Source: an uncultured Chloroflexia bacterium (GTDB lineage Bacteria > Chloroflexota > Anaerolineae > Anaerolineales > UBA11858). From it: a stretch of 64,000 nucleotides of DNA. Made by a program: the position numbers and the translations under genes. The stretch covers positions 18,927 to 82,926 of the forward strand of contig CAWAOV010000002.1 in assembly GCA_963783765.1 (NCBI GenBank), written 5' to 3'. Positions 54,548 to 64,000 of the stretch are shown here, piece by piece; position 1 is the stretch's first letter, and every line of letters begins with the position of its first letter. Below the pieces are notes generated by a model. That model was not told where the DNA came from. It did no database searches and saw nothing but the letters and a program-made list of their open reading frames with translations.

Positions 54548-54760
54548 ACCCACCCTGCAATTCTGAATTAATTAAATCCCCCTTGATGGGGGATTTAATT
54601 TTAATCGCTGCCAGGAACCCGTTCGCTGGTAGCGGGGAAAAACCATCCCTCAGGATTGCTCTCGGAGGATAGGAAAACATCCTATCTAAAGGTAAGATTG
54701 TAGTAGTGTGGAGGCAAACCTTTCCCACGCCATTTGTTTTCAATTCCCTCAGGAGGAAGA

Positions 54761-56308
54761 ATGAGTAAGAGATTGATCTGGATCATTGTTATTGTTCTGG
54801 TTTTGGTTGGGCTGGGTGCAGGCGGCTGGTTCTTTTTCCAGACCGAAGACTCGCCGGAAGCTACACCAATCCCGGTTACTTACGAAGGGTATACATTCCC
54901 TGCCTCAGCAGATCAGATCGATTGGGAAGATCGTGAGATCTTCAAAGCCGGACTGGTTGATAGCGCAGTGGGTGCGCTGAAAGACCTTTCTACAGCCAGT
55001 ACGTATTATATTTCCCTCGAAATCGCTCCCGACCTGATTTCCCCGATTAAAGGCCATCAGATCCTGCGCTACTTTAATAATGAGGATCAAGAACTGGATA
55101 AGATCTATTTCCGGCTTTACCCCAACTTCCAGGGTGGAAATATTGAGGTTTCCCACCTGACCCTGGATGGAAACCCCATGATCCCCTCCCTGGAAAGCCA
55201 GGACACTTCACTGCGGTTGGATTTGAACTATCCTCTTCAGCCCGGAGATTCCCTGGTTCTGGAAATGGATTTTGAACTCAGCATACCCACAGAAATGGGC
55301 GGCAACTACGGTTTGTACGGTTATTTTGAGGATGTGCTGGTGCTGGATACCTTCTATCCCATGATCCCCGCTTATGATGAAAACGGTTGGTACAGCCAGA
55401 CTCCCCAGGATAACGGCGACCTGACCTATACAGACGCTTCCTTTTATATCGTCCAGGTAGAGGCTCCTGCAGACCTGGTTTTGGTTTCTTCCGGTGTAGG
55501 GGTCGACCACCAGATTAAGGAAAGCACCCAGACAGCCGTCTTTGTCAACGGTCCCTCCCGGGATTTTTATATTGCAGGCAGCCGGGAATTTGTGGAAATC
55601 AATGAAATGATTGGCGATACCATGGTGCGGGTTTATACCCGCCCCGAATACAGCGTCAATCAGGCCTATGCCCTGGATTATGCCTCCCACGCAATCGAGA
55701 TCCTCAGCCGCCAGGTGGGTGAATATCCGTACACCGAATTTGAAGTTTTAAGCTCTCCCATGCGTGCTCTGGGCATTGAATATCCCGGCATCACCAGCAT
55801 CGTCGTTGACGAATTTGTGGATGGTGTGGAACTGTATGGCATGCCAACAGCCCAGATGCTTGAATCGACTTTGGCCCATGAAACCGGCCATATGTGGTTC
55901 TACAATACAGTCGGCAATGACCAGCAGAACCAGCCCTGGGTAGATGAAGCCCTTGTGCAGTATATGACCTATATCTACTACGAGGACCGCTATGGAGATG
56001 GCGGCGGTTATGTGGACTCCTGGAGATCGCGCTGGAGCCGGGTAGAAAACGCAGATATCCCGATCGGCATGCCGGCCGGAGAATATCATGGTGCCGAATA
56101 CAGTGCCATCGTGTACGGCCGCGGACCATTATTCTTCTTTGAATTGGAGAAGAAATTCGGCCAGGATACCGTTATGGCCGGTATTCAAAACTATTATCAG
56201 GACCACTTATGGAAAAACGGCTACACCGAAGATCTTCGATCAGCGCTGGAAGATGCCTGCGATTGCGATCTGGGAGCCGAATTTAATAAGTGGGTGTACG
56301 AGCAATAA
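54761..56308 (+). CDS. M1-family (gluzincin) metallopeptidase, membrane-anchored
   Basis: AGGAGG RBS then MSKRLIWIIVIVLVLVGL; HETGHMWFYNTVGNDQQNQPWVDEAL (HExxH plus an E 18 residues on). The ORF opens at 54734. Confidence 0.8.
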   Translation: MSKRLIWIIVIVLVLVGLGAGGWFFFQTEDSPEATPIPVTYEGYTFPASADQIDWEDREIFKAGLVDSAVGALKDLSTASTYYISLEIAPDLISPIKGHQILRYFNNEDQELDKIYFRLYPNFQGGNIEVSHLTLDGNPMIPSLESQDTSLRLDLNYPLQPGDSLVLEMDFELSIPTEMGGNYGLYGYFEDVLVLDTFYPMIPAYDENGWYSQTPQDNGDLTYTDASFYIVQVEAPADLVLVSSGVGVDHQIKESTQTAVFVNGPSRDFYIAGSREFVEINEMIGDTMVRVYTRPEYSVNQAYALDYASHAIEILSRQVGEYPYTEFEVLSSPMRALGIEYPGITSIVVDEFVDGVELYGMPTAQMLESTLAHETGHMWFYNTVGNDQQNQPWVDEALVQYMTYIYYEDRYGDGGGYVDSWRSRWSRVENADIPIGMPAGEYHGAEYSAIVYGRGPLFFFELEKKFGQDTVMAGIQNYYQDHLWKNGYTEDLRSALEDACDCDLGAEFNKWVYEQ

Positions 56309-56404
56309 AACAGGATGCGGGATCCTCAATCAACGTATTAGTTACCATTTCTACTGATAACTAATAACACACTATGGTCAGGATCCTGCATCCTTTGTGT
56401 TATT

Positions 56405-56439
56405 GTCATTGCGAGAGTTCATAACAGCTACGGCAATCC
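56405..56439 (+). repeat. GTCATTGCGAG...ACGGCAATCC element, copy C (degenerate)
   Basis: GTCATTGCGAGagttcataacagctACGGCAATCC, 19 nt upstream of the ATG at 56458. Confidence 0.45.
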
Positions 56440-56457
56440 CCGCATTGGAGAATAATT

Positions 56458-57300
56458 ATGAAAAAAATCAGCCCCATACCTGTCCTCCTGATCATACTCT
56501 CTACCTTCTTCTTTTCCGCCTGCAGCCAGGCAGCCCCGGACCAAATCCAAGCCCAACCCATCAACGACAGCCCGGTGGAGGTTTATGCTGTGCTGGCTGA
56601 AAAGGACGACTATTCTGATGTGGACATGAGCAACCTGCTGGTCGATTACATCGATATTAAAAGGATCAGAGCAGCTCTGGAAGAACTGGGCTGGCCTGCT
56701 GAAAACATCCATGACATCAAAGAGTTTGACCGGGAAAGTTTAATAACCGAGCTGGATTGGCTGGAAGAGGTTGCGGACTCCAATGACCTGGTCTTCTTTT
56801 ACGTCACCGCACACGGCAATTATATGCGCTACCTGGTGCACTGGAATGATTTTTTCCCGCAAGAATGGTCCCAGATCGCCAGTCAACAGCGCGTGCTGGT
56901 AGTGGATTCTTGTTCAGCGGCTGAGTTCACCAATTCAGTCAACCCTGATCCCAAGGGCCATATTTCAATTGCGGCTGTGGATGGGGATGAATACGGCTGG
57001 AAAGGCATTAAAGAAGAGGGACTGCCCATTATTGGCGGGGTCTTCACCTTCTACTTTGCTGAAGCACTGGGAGAAACCAAGGCCGACAGGGATGGGGACG
57101 GCCTGGTTTCAGTCCAGGAAGCTGCCCTCTTGGCCGAAGAAAAACAGCGCGGCTACATGCATGATGTGGTTTTTGCTGTGCCGCAATTTGTGGAAGATTA
57201 TCGCAGCCTGGGCGCCCGCTCGGACGAGGATGAAACTTTTCCAGATGTGATCATGGATGATGCGCTGGGATTCCCGCTGGATTTGACATTCAGTAATTAA
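56458..57300 (+). CDS. Clan-CD cysteine-peptidase-like lipoprotein (legumain C13 / caspase fold)
   Basis: Lipobox FFSACS; His-Gly dyad context FFYVTAHGN and Cys context VLVVDSCSAAEF in the expected order and spacing. Confidence 0.5.
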   Translation: MKKISPIPVLLIILSTFFFSACSQAAPDQIQAQPINDSPVEVYAVLAEKDDYSDVDMSNLLVDYIDIKRIRAALEELGWPAENIHDIKEFDRESLITELDWLEEVADSNDLVFFYVTAHGNYMRYLVHWNDFFPQEWSQIASQQRVLVVDSCSAAEFTNSVNPDPKGHISIAAVDGDEYGWKGIKEEGLPIIGGVFTFYFAEALGETKADRDGDGLVSVQEAALLAEEKQRGYMHDVVFAVPQFVEDYRSLGARSDEDETFPDVIMDDALGFPLDLTFSN

Positions 57301-57343
57301 CATAGATAACCTAGATCTAATATAAGCGTAATTCGGAAGGGAG

Positions 57344-57369
57344 GGGCGACCCGCTGGGTCGCCCTTTTT
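57344..57369 (+). terminator. Intrinsic terminator
   Basis: GGGCGACCC-GCT-GGGTCGCCC followed by T5. Confidence 0.75.
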
Positions 57370-57452
57370 CGTTAAACTGCTATTAAGAGGATTGGGGGAT
57401 ATGCCTGATCCGAACGAATTTGAAGGACGGAAATTTCTTGTTCTCTACAATT

Positions 57453-57485
57453 AGGAAACGGTTTCCTCGGAGGAAACCGTTTCCT
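57453..57485. terminator. GGAAACGGTTTCC-family hairpin, copy 4
   Basis: AGGAAACGGTTTCCT-cgg-AGGAAACCGTTTCCT followed by T6, between convergent gene ends. Confidence 0.65.
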
Positions 57486-57532
57486 TTTTTATATTAAACA
57501 ACTTTGGGCAGATGCCGGGGGTCTGTTCCTAC

Positions 57533-60500
57533 TTATCTGGAACTATTTCCCATCTGAACCCGCACTGTATGTTTAACAGGCTCGGATTCCAGAGGGATAT
57601 ATTTCTCCTCCAGGGTCCTGCCATCCAGATCTATGCTGGTTATGCCCTTCTGAACGTGTTCCGGATTCTGGATTTCTATGGCATAGATCGCGCCTTGATA
57701 GCGATAGTCGATCTTAAACCCATCCCACCAGTCGGGGATGACAGGATCAATATATAACCGGTTCCCACGCTTTTTAAAACCTAAAACTTCCTCGATCCAG
57801 ACTCGATACATCCAGGCAGCAGATCCGGTATACCAGCTCCAACCGCCCTGGCCGATTCTGCCAGGCAGCCGGTACACATCAGCCGCGACGACATAAGGTT
57901 CAACAGCATATTTCCAGGCACCAATCCCATCGCGGGCATGTTCAATAGGATTGAGGATCTGTAATAATTTCCCAACCTTGTTGCCATCACCCTTCCGGGC
58001 ATAGGCCATCGCCAACCACAACGCAGCATGGGTATATTGACCACCGTTCTCTCTTACGCCCGGAGGATACCCCCGGATATAACCCGGGGAGGGAGTGCTG
58101 ACATCAAACGGTGGGGTGAAAAGCAGAATTAGCTTTTCATCTAGCCGCACCAGCTGGCGCCAGGCGGATTCCAGGGCCCGCTCTTTGCGATCAGGATCGC
58201 CTGCCCCACTGATCCAGGGCCAGGATTGCGGCAAGGAATCAATCCGGGCTTCTAGATTGGCAGCTGATCCAAGCGGGCTGCCATCATCGAATGTTGCCCG
58301 CTGGTACCACTCCCCGTCCCAGGCCGAACTTTCAATATTGGTTTCGAGGGTAAGCGCGTGCCCGTGATAGTTTTCGGCGAGCTCGGTATTTCCCAGTAAT
58401 TTCGATAAATACTCCATAGAACCGAGGACTTCTATCAAGAACCAGCCCAGCCAAACACTCTCGCCCCGTCCTTTGGGCCCAACCCAATTCATGCCATCAT
58501 TCCAATCCCCTGTACCAATCAGCGGAAGTCCCCGCGGGCCTGTTGTGCGGCCGCGTTCAACTGCCCGCCGACAGTGCTCAAAAAGCGAGCCCAGCTCAGA
58601 TGAAATCTGTGGTTCCAGGAATATTTCATGTTGATCAGGTTCAAGTTCCGGGGCGAGCAAAAATGGAATCTGCTCCTGGAGAATGGCTTCATCACCAGTC
58701 ACCCGAACATATTGGGCAGTTAGATAAGGGAGCCATAAGAGATCATCCGAAATTCGGGAGCGTATTCCAGCCCCTCCGGGTGGATGCCACCAATGCTGAA
58801 CATCACCCTCTATATACTGCCGGCTGGCCGATAAAAGAATATGCTCGCGGGCCAATTCCGGGTTGGTTAATAAGAATGCAGCCACATCCTGCAGCTGATC
58901 CCGGAAACCAATAGCTCCTCCGGACTGATAAAAAGCGGAGCGCCCCCAAATCCGGCAGCTCAGACTTTGATAAAGCAGCCAGCGGTTCAGCATAAAGTCC
59001 ACTGAAAGATCTGGCGTTTCAACCTGAACTGTGTTCAGGATCCGATCCCAGAATTGGTGAGTTTCATCCAGCGCCTGATTCACAGCCAGCACCTCACGAT
59101 ATTTCCGGATCAGGTCACCAGCTTCCTGCTCCGTTCCTGTTTGGCCAAGGACACAGATCACGTCCACTGACTCACCAGGGGCAAGGGTAATCTTGGTCTG
59201 CAGAGCGCCGCATGGATCCAGCTCTGCACCAACCCGACCTGCCAGCTCGATCCTGCCCAGGGCATCAGGGTTTTGAGTAGATTTATTGCGCCCTAAAAAT
59301 AAGGTCCGGTCCCCGGTATAAGAACCAGCTTTGGGGCTGATCGAGGCAAAACTGACCCGCTCACTATAATCGGGGTGGTAGCGGTTGCGGGCAAAGATCG
59401 TCCTCAGCTTGGGATCCCATTCCGTGACGATATGCTGCTGGGTATCTTCGGTTTGTTCTCCGAGCGTCCACTCCACATAATAGGTAATGCTGAGTTTACG
59501 AGTTTTCCGGGAATCATTCAGCAAACTAAGTTTACTGATCTTAACCGGCTCTCCACCTTCTTCATCCGTGGGCACAAAAATAGTCAGGAGCTGTTCAATG
59601 GCATGGCTGTTATGCTCAAAACGGGAATATCCGGCCCCGTGGCTGATCCTGTAAGCATCCCTTTCGCGGATCGGACCGGCAGTTGGATTCCAGACTTTTC
59701 CACTTTGTTCATCCCGAATATAGATCATTTCGGAGTGGGGATCGAGCACGGGATCATTCGACCATTGGGTTAATCGATTTCTCTGGCTGTTCCCATACCA
59801 GGTGAAACCTGCCCCAGTTTCACTGACCAGGGTACCAAATTGCGGATTGGCGATGACATTGACCCAGGGGGCTGGGGTATTGGTATCCGGTCCCAGGTAA
59901 ATCACATATTCTCGGCCATCAGCACTAAACCCACCCAGGCTATTAAAATAGGGCAACTCCAAGAAGGGCAATTTTCGAGAGGGTGCTTCGTCGATCCGTT
60001 TGGTCTCCAGCGGAGCGGGGATCTCGACGGTCTCATACGGCACACTGATCTGCTGCGCCAAAGGTCCACGGGCGGCAATCAGGGATATCCGCGCGACTGA
60101 TTGGATCAGTGTTAGATCTTCCGTGGCGAGCTGGTCAACTGCCAGCAGGAATACAGCTCCTGATTGATCCTCTCCCGTATAGATGGACGAAGATTGGATC
60201 AACCGTTCCAACCTTTCCATCAGCGGCTGGTCATAAGTGCTTGATTCCTCATTAAGCACAACCAGATCTGTATACAATCCATGCTGGCGCCAATAAGCCT
60301 GGGCCTGGAGCATTTGCCGGACAAGTCCCAAATCCCCCACATCAGAAATGGTTATTAATAAGACAGGCAGGTCTCCAGATATACCAAAAGGCCACAGGCT
60401 TGATTGTCCTTTCCGATTGGCTGCTATACGCTCGGTCGGTGGGCGCAAATAGTCTGAGGGATATAACAAATACCCGGCTAACTTTTGGAAGCGGCGGGCT

Positions 60501-63500
60501 TCATCGGGCTTGATCCGAAGGGAACGCAAATTGAGCTGGGTTGATGCCCAGGCAATATCAAAGGCTCGATCAACAACAGCTGAATCATGATATTTACCAA
60601 CCAAACTTAAGGCTTTTTCACGATCATTAGCAATGCCAAGGACTGAGATAAGTTGGGCGCTTTCACCCGGGGATAAAATGATACTCCGCCGGATACTGAA
60701 AATCGGATCAAGCACAAAACCCTCATGATTCTCCAATTCGGTCCCGACTGCAAGAGGAGTCCTCATGGATTGACCCCTTCCGATAAATGCCCGCCGGTCA
60801 GTCTCAAACTGAAGGATTCCCGGTTGGGTAAAACCTCCTATCAGATCCAGACTGTGGAAGGCATAGAGGGAGGGATCATCCTCCTGGCGAGGCCGCCGAT
60901 AGGCAAGCAGCGTCTGATTGGCAGGGACCGCCTCGGTTTGAATGAACAACTTGTTAAAGGCTGGATGCTGCCGATCAGCCCCATGGGACGAGAGTGCAAG
61001 TTCGTAATAACTGGTTGCCTGGATTCGCCTGCTGCGAATAGATCGATTGGTGATTGTGATCCTGCGAATCTCAACATCATCCTCAGGAGCAACGATCAAT
61101 TCTGTTCGGGTTTCCAATCCGTTGTCACGCCGTCTATATTCTGAACGATCCAGCGGAAAATGGACCGTATATTTATCGGGATCCTTATCAAGGGGGTGAT
61201 ACATATTTGACCAGATATCACCGCTATCCATATCTTTTAAGTAAAGGAAAGACCCATAGATATCCCTGGTAGTATCGGATCGCCAGCGGGTCACATCAAT
61301 ATCCTTCCAGCGAGTATAACCACCGCCTGCCGTGGTGGTCATCGTAGAAAGCTGCCCATTTGACAGCAGCTGGACTTTGGGTGTTATGTTATGCGGAGAG
61401 TCAAATTTACTAACAGATGGCGCAACACCCATGGCCTCAATCCGGGAAGGAAGTTCATCACGGGTTGAAATATGGTGCAGGGGAGGTGAAACCGGCACCC
61501 TTTCATACAGCAGCGGTTCTGCCGTTTTCACGCGGGGATCCTGATGGAAGCGGCGCTGCATTGAGTTGTCATGCAGAAAGTTCGTTAAGGCCAGAAATGC
61601 CATACCCTGATGGTGAGCCATATAGGCCCGGACAACTACCCCGGGTTGAGCATCTGATTTTGGTCTGCGGTTAAAATCGATCGCTTCAAAAAAACCATAA
61701 TCATTCAGCAGACCTTGTTTTTTTAGTCGTTTCAGGTTCTGGACTGCAGCTTTTGGATCGATGCCAACTGCCAGCATCGTGGCATAGGGGGCAACCACCA
61801 GGTCATCTTCCAGGTCACGTTTTAACCCCAACCAGGGAACGCCAAAGGCTTTGTATTGATAGGTCTTATTAAGATCAAGATCTCCATAGGCTGACTCGGA
61901 AATTCCCCAGGGAACCCTTCGTTTTCGACCATAAGCAATTTGCAGGGAGACTGACTCCCTGGTTGCCTGGTCGATCAGGGAGTTGGGATAGGTTTTTTGC
62001 AAAAGCAAAGGCATCAAATATTCGAACATGGTTCCAGTCCAACTCAAGAGTACCCGATGTTGACCATGAGAACTGTAAGGACGATTTAATGCCAACCAGT
62101 GATCGCTTGGAACATCTCCCCGGGCGATGGCAACATAACTGCCAAGGCGGGATTCACTGGCGAGCAAGTCGTAATAGGAACCATCAAATTGGTTGTTGGT
62201 CAGGTTGTACCCAATCGAGAATAATGATCTAACAGGATCATAAAGGTAAGCCATATTGATTTCTTCGGTAAAGTTCCGCATCAATTCCAGCAATTCCATT
62301 CCCTTGCCAACCATCTCTCCGGCCAACCACTTGGCAGTTGAATATGATTCGATCAGCCTCTCGATCCAATCCTGATATTTCTGGTCAGGAACGTTTTCAG
62401 TACCAAGAGCCAGATTGAGATTTTCCAGACTCAAAGCCTCACCAGATGCCAGTGCATTAAGTGAGGGAGAGGTTTGAAACTGTGTCCTTAAATGAATTAA
62501 GGATCCTAAACCAGCTTCAAGGATCTGCCCCTCGGTATACTCGTTGAGGATTACCAACCATCCTAGATAACGATCAATAATATCCATCCAGGCGCTGATC
62601 TGATCCCCAAGCTGCCTGGTCCAATACAGTACAGCTTCCGGGAATCCAGCATCTTCAGTCAGATTTTCATTAAAGGCTGTAACTTTAAGATCGATTTCTC
62701 GCAAGGAATAAATCAGGTCGATCGCTTCAGATGGACATGCAAGGATCAACTTCAGGATTTCTGACACAACATGACGGGATTCGGATGGGTAATTAACACT
62801 GGACAACTCTTCCAGAAGGATTTCCGCAGTGTCCTTGAGACCGGACAGGCATGCTGCGTTGAGAATCGGTTGATCTAGATTTTCAATGATACCTTGCTGG
62901 AGCGTCCAAAGAGTAGCTATAAAATTTCCACTGTCAACCGAAGATACATAACGGGGTTGGAGGGGAGCCTGGTCTTGAAGGTTGTACCAATTCAGCAGGT
63001 GGCCTTCATGCCGTTCAAGTTGATTAAGTGTTCCCATCGTTTCGGTAAGCCGTTCGATGGTTTGATCCAGGGTCTGATAGCCAAAATCACTGGCCGCCAA
63101 GGCACTCAACATATACATACCAATATTGGTTGGACTGGTTCGCATGGCCAGCTGGTCCTGATGGGATACCTGGTAGTTATCAGGCGGAAGCCAGGCAGTT
63201 TCCGGGCCCACAAAATCTGCAAAATAACGCCAGGTCCGGCGAGCAATTTTCCGAAGAAAATCCAGGTCTTGATCAGGGAGAGATTTATGAAGGGAAGACA
63301 GCTTTACCGGACTGGTTAATAAACCCCCAACAAGGGGTGTGATCATCCACAGAATCAACCAGGGTAAAGCATAAAAAATATTTTCCGGTCTGAAATAATA
63401 GACGCCGAGAGCCAGTCCTGAACTCAGAAAGGATATCAACCAAAAAGTCAGGCGGAAGGATAGCTGGCGAGACTTTCTGACTCCCAACTCCATTTGGGAA

Positions 63501-64000
63501 GTCGACCATTCCAGGAGACCCCGCTTGCTGATCAAGCGGCGGTACAGGACCCGGACAATAGCGTCCAATGCCAATCCAGCCTGGTGGAACAGCAGGACCG
63601 CCTCAGCGAGAGCCCTGGTCACGTCATGCCGGATCTGGCGAAGAGAAAAAGCTTTGTATCCCTGGCGGGAGGTGACCCAGGTCAACGGTCCTGCCAGCGC
63701 TTGAGAAAAGATCACAGCAGCCACAAATACTCCAGAAAAAAGCTGCAGATCAGGAACCAGGAACCAGGTCAACACCAGGGCGGCAATACTGGCGGGTGAA
63801 ACAAGACTGCGGCGGAGATTGTCGAAGATCTTCCAGCGGCTCAAAGGTCCAAGGATATTCCTGATCTTCTGGTGGTTTTTATCTCGGACTGTAGAAAGGA
63901 TCCACTCAGCTATTTGCCAATCTCCTCGTATCCAGCGATGCTGCCTGCGGCTGTATGTGATGTAATTTGAAGGAAACTCATCAAATAACTCTATATCAGT
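57533..64000 (-). CDS. Cyclic beta-1,2-glucan synthase-like giant protein (GT84-like region plus GH94 phosphorylase domain); 5' end outside window
   Basis: The track ORF 57533..63844 begins at a TTG, but the frame stays open to 64000. Manual translation there gives TDIELFDEFPSNYITYSRRQHRWIRGDWQIAEWIL (QxxRW/RGDWQ motif). GH94 motifs GTGDWNDGMN and RENGGQYTHAALW lie near the C-terminus. Confidence 0.8.
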   Translation of the reverse strand, partial: TDIELFDEFPSNYITYSRRQHRWIRGDWQIAEWILSTVRDKNHQKIRNILGPLSRWKIFDNLRRSLVSPASIAALVLTWFLVPDLQLFSGVFVAAVIFSQALAGPLTWVTSRQGYKAFSLRQIRHDVTRALAEAVLLFHQAGLALDAIVRVLYRRLISKRGLLEWSTSQMELGVRKSRQLSFRLTFWLISFLSSGLALGVYYFRPENIFYALPWLILWMITPLVGGLLTSPVKLSSLHKSLPDQDLDFLRKIARRTWRYFADFVGPETAWLPPDNYQVSHQDQLAMRTSPTNIGMYMLSALAASDFGYQTLDQTIERLTETMGTLNQLERHEGHLLNWYNLQDQAPLQPRYVSSVDSGNFIATLWTLQQGIIENLDQPILNAACLSGLKDTAEILLEELSSVNYPSESRHVVSEILKLILACPSEAIDLIYSLREIDLKVTAFNENLTEDAGFPEAVLYWTRQLGDQISAWMDIIDRYLGWLVILNEYTEGQILEAGLGSLIHLRTQFQTSPSLNALASGEALSLENLNLALGTENVPDQKYQDWIERLIESYSTAKWLAGEMVGKGMELLELMRNFTEEINMAYLYDPVRSLFSIGYNLTNNQFDGSYYDLLASESRLGSYVAIARGDVPSDHWLALNRPYSSHGQHRVLLSWTGTMFEYLMPLLLQKTYPNSLIDQATRESVSLQIAYGRKRRVPWGISESAYGDLDLNKTYQYKAFGVPWLGLKRDLEDDLVVAPYATMLAVGIDPKAAVQNLKRLKKQGLLNDYGFFEAIDFNRRPKSDAQPGVVVRAYMAHHQGMAFLALTNFLHDNSMQRRFHQDPRVKTAEPLLYERVPVSPPLHHISTRDELPSRIEAMGVAPSVSKFDSPHNITPKVQLLSNGQLSTMTTTAGGGYTRWKDIDVTRWRSDTTRDIYGSFLYLKDMDSGDIWSNMYHPLDKDPDKYTVHFPLDRSEYRRRDNGLETRTELIVAPEDDVEIRRITITNRSIRSRRIQATSYYELALSSHGADRQHPAFNKLFIQTEAVPANQTLLAYRRPRQEDDPSLYAFHSLDLIGGFTQPGILQFETDRRAFIGRGQSMRTPLAVGTELENHEGFVLDPIFSIRRSIILSPGESAQLISVLGIANDREKALSLVGKYHDSAVVDRAFDIAWASTQLNLRSLRIKPDEARRFQKLAGYLLYPSDYLRPPTERIAANRKGQSSLWPFGISGDLPVLLITISDVGDLGLVRQMLQAQAYWRQHGLYTDLVVLNEESSTYDQPLMERLERLIQSSSIYTGEDQSGAVFLLAVDQLATEDLTLIQSVARISLIAARGPLAQQISVPYETVEIPAPLETKRIDEAPSRKLPFLELPYFNSLGGFSADGREYVIYLGPDTNTPAPWVNVIANPQFGTLVSETGAGFTWYGNSQRNRLTQWSNDPVLDPHSEMIYIRDEQSGKVWNPTAGPIRERDAYRISHGAGYSRFEHNSHAIEQLLTIFVPTDEEGGEPVKISKLSLLNDSRKTRKLSITYYVEWTLGEQTEDTQQHIVTEWDPKLRTIFARNRYHPDYSERVSFASISPKAGSYTGDRTLFLGRNKSTQNPDALGRIELAGRVGAELDPCGALQTKITLAPGESVDVICVLGQTGTEQEAGDLIRKYREVLAVNQALDETHQFWDRILNTVQVETPDLSVDFMLNRWLLYQSLSCRIWGRSAFYQSGGAIGFRDQLQDVAAFLLTNPELAREHILLSASRQYIEGDVQHWWHPPGGAGIRSRISDDLLWLPYLTAQYVRVTGDEAILQEQIPFLLAPELEPDQHEIFLEPQISSELGSLFEHCRRAVERGRTTGPRGLPLIGTGDWNDGMNWVGPKGRGESVWLGWFLIEVLGSMEYLSKLLGNTELAENYHGHALTLETNIESSAWDGEWYQRATFDDGSPLGSAANLEARIDSLPQSWPWISGAGDPDRKERALESAWRQLVRLDEKLILLFTPPFDVSTPSPGYIRGYPPGVRENGGQYTHAALWLAMAYARKGDGNKVGKLLQILNPIEHARDGIGAWKYAVEPYVVAADVYRLPGRIGQGGWSWYTGSAAWMYRVWIEEVLGFKKRGNRLYIDPVIPDWWDGFKIDYRYQGAIYAIEIQNPEHVQKGITSIDLDGRTLEEKYIPLESEPVKHTVRVQMGNSSR

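Noticed and set aside
1-64000. CRISPR arrays, tRNA/rRNA genes, riboswitches, reverse transcriptase/DGR or retron signatures
   Set aside because: I scanned the intergenic regions by eye. I found no regularly spaced direct repeats, no tRNA T-arm (GGTTCGAATCC-type) boxes outside coding sequence, and no RT motifs in any ORF. Absence is by inspection only, without covariance-model searches.

Overview
This is a 64-kb bacterial chromosomal segment with about 60 genes. Thr/Pro-rich linkers, many lipoproteins and the gene content suggest a Chloroflexota/Anaerolineae-like organism, but that is a low-confidence inference. All calls rest on reading the ORF translations and the DNA by eye; no searches were run. 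Housekeeping content includes an M29 aminopeptidase (partial), DUF951, rsmI, PGI/PMI, murI, rplS, an aapJQMP-like amino-acid ABC operon, an SLC13 permease, lysS, greA, comEC, a PLD-like lipoprotein, yjbQ, a cold-shock protein, cydAB, adk and cydDC. Further on are a MazG-like protein, an SPFH protein, an M1 peptidase, a clan-CD peptidase and a giant cyclic beta-1,2-glucan-synthase-like gene that runs off the 3' window edge. I found no rRNA, tRNA, CRISPR, transposase or integrase. The stretch 38.9-52.7 kb looks accessory. The best candidate for something undescribed is the minus-strand locus at 40.9-44.0 kb. It has a signal-peptide C39-like papain-fold peptidase, then a protein with 11 tandem 19-residue basic VPxYE repeats and a Gly-rich linker. 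Its C-terminal domain, plus two tiny membrane-protein genes downstream, lies in an abruptly AT-rich cassette, which is a polymorphic-toxin/immunity-like layout. Other notable signals: (1) two paralogous sigma/anti-sigma modules whose anti-sigma-like proteins carry periodic hyper-charged extracytoplasmic tails; (2) a family of nested-palindrome hairpins (GGAAACGGTTTCC / GGAAACCGTTTCC) at gene ends; (3) a dispersed GTCATTGCGAG...ACGAAGCAATC element; (4) a phased DnaA-box-like cluster; (5) at least 11 single-nucleotide frame disruptions clustered in three zones, including cydDC, AAC(3), MscS and a sigma/anti-sigma/kinase block, while long neighbouring genes are intact.
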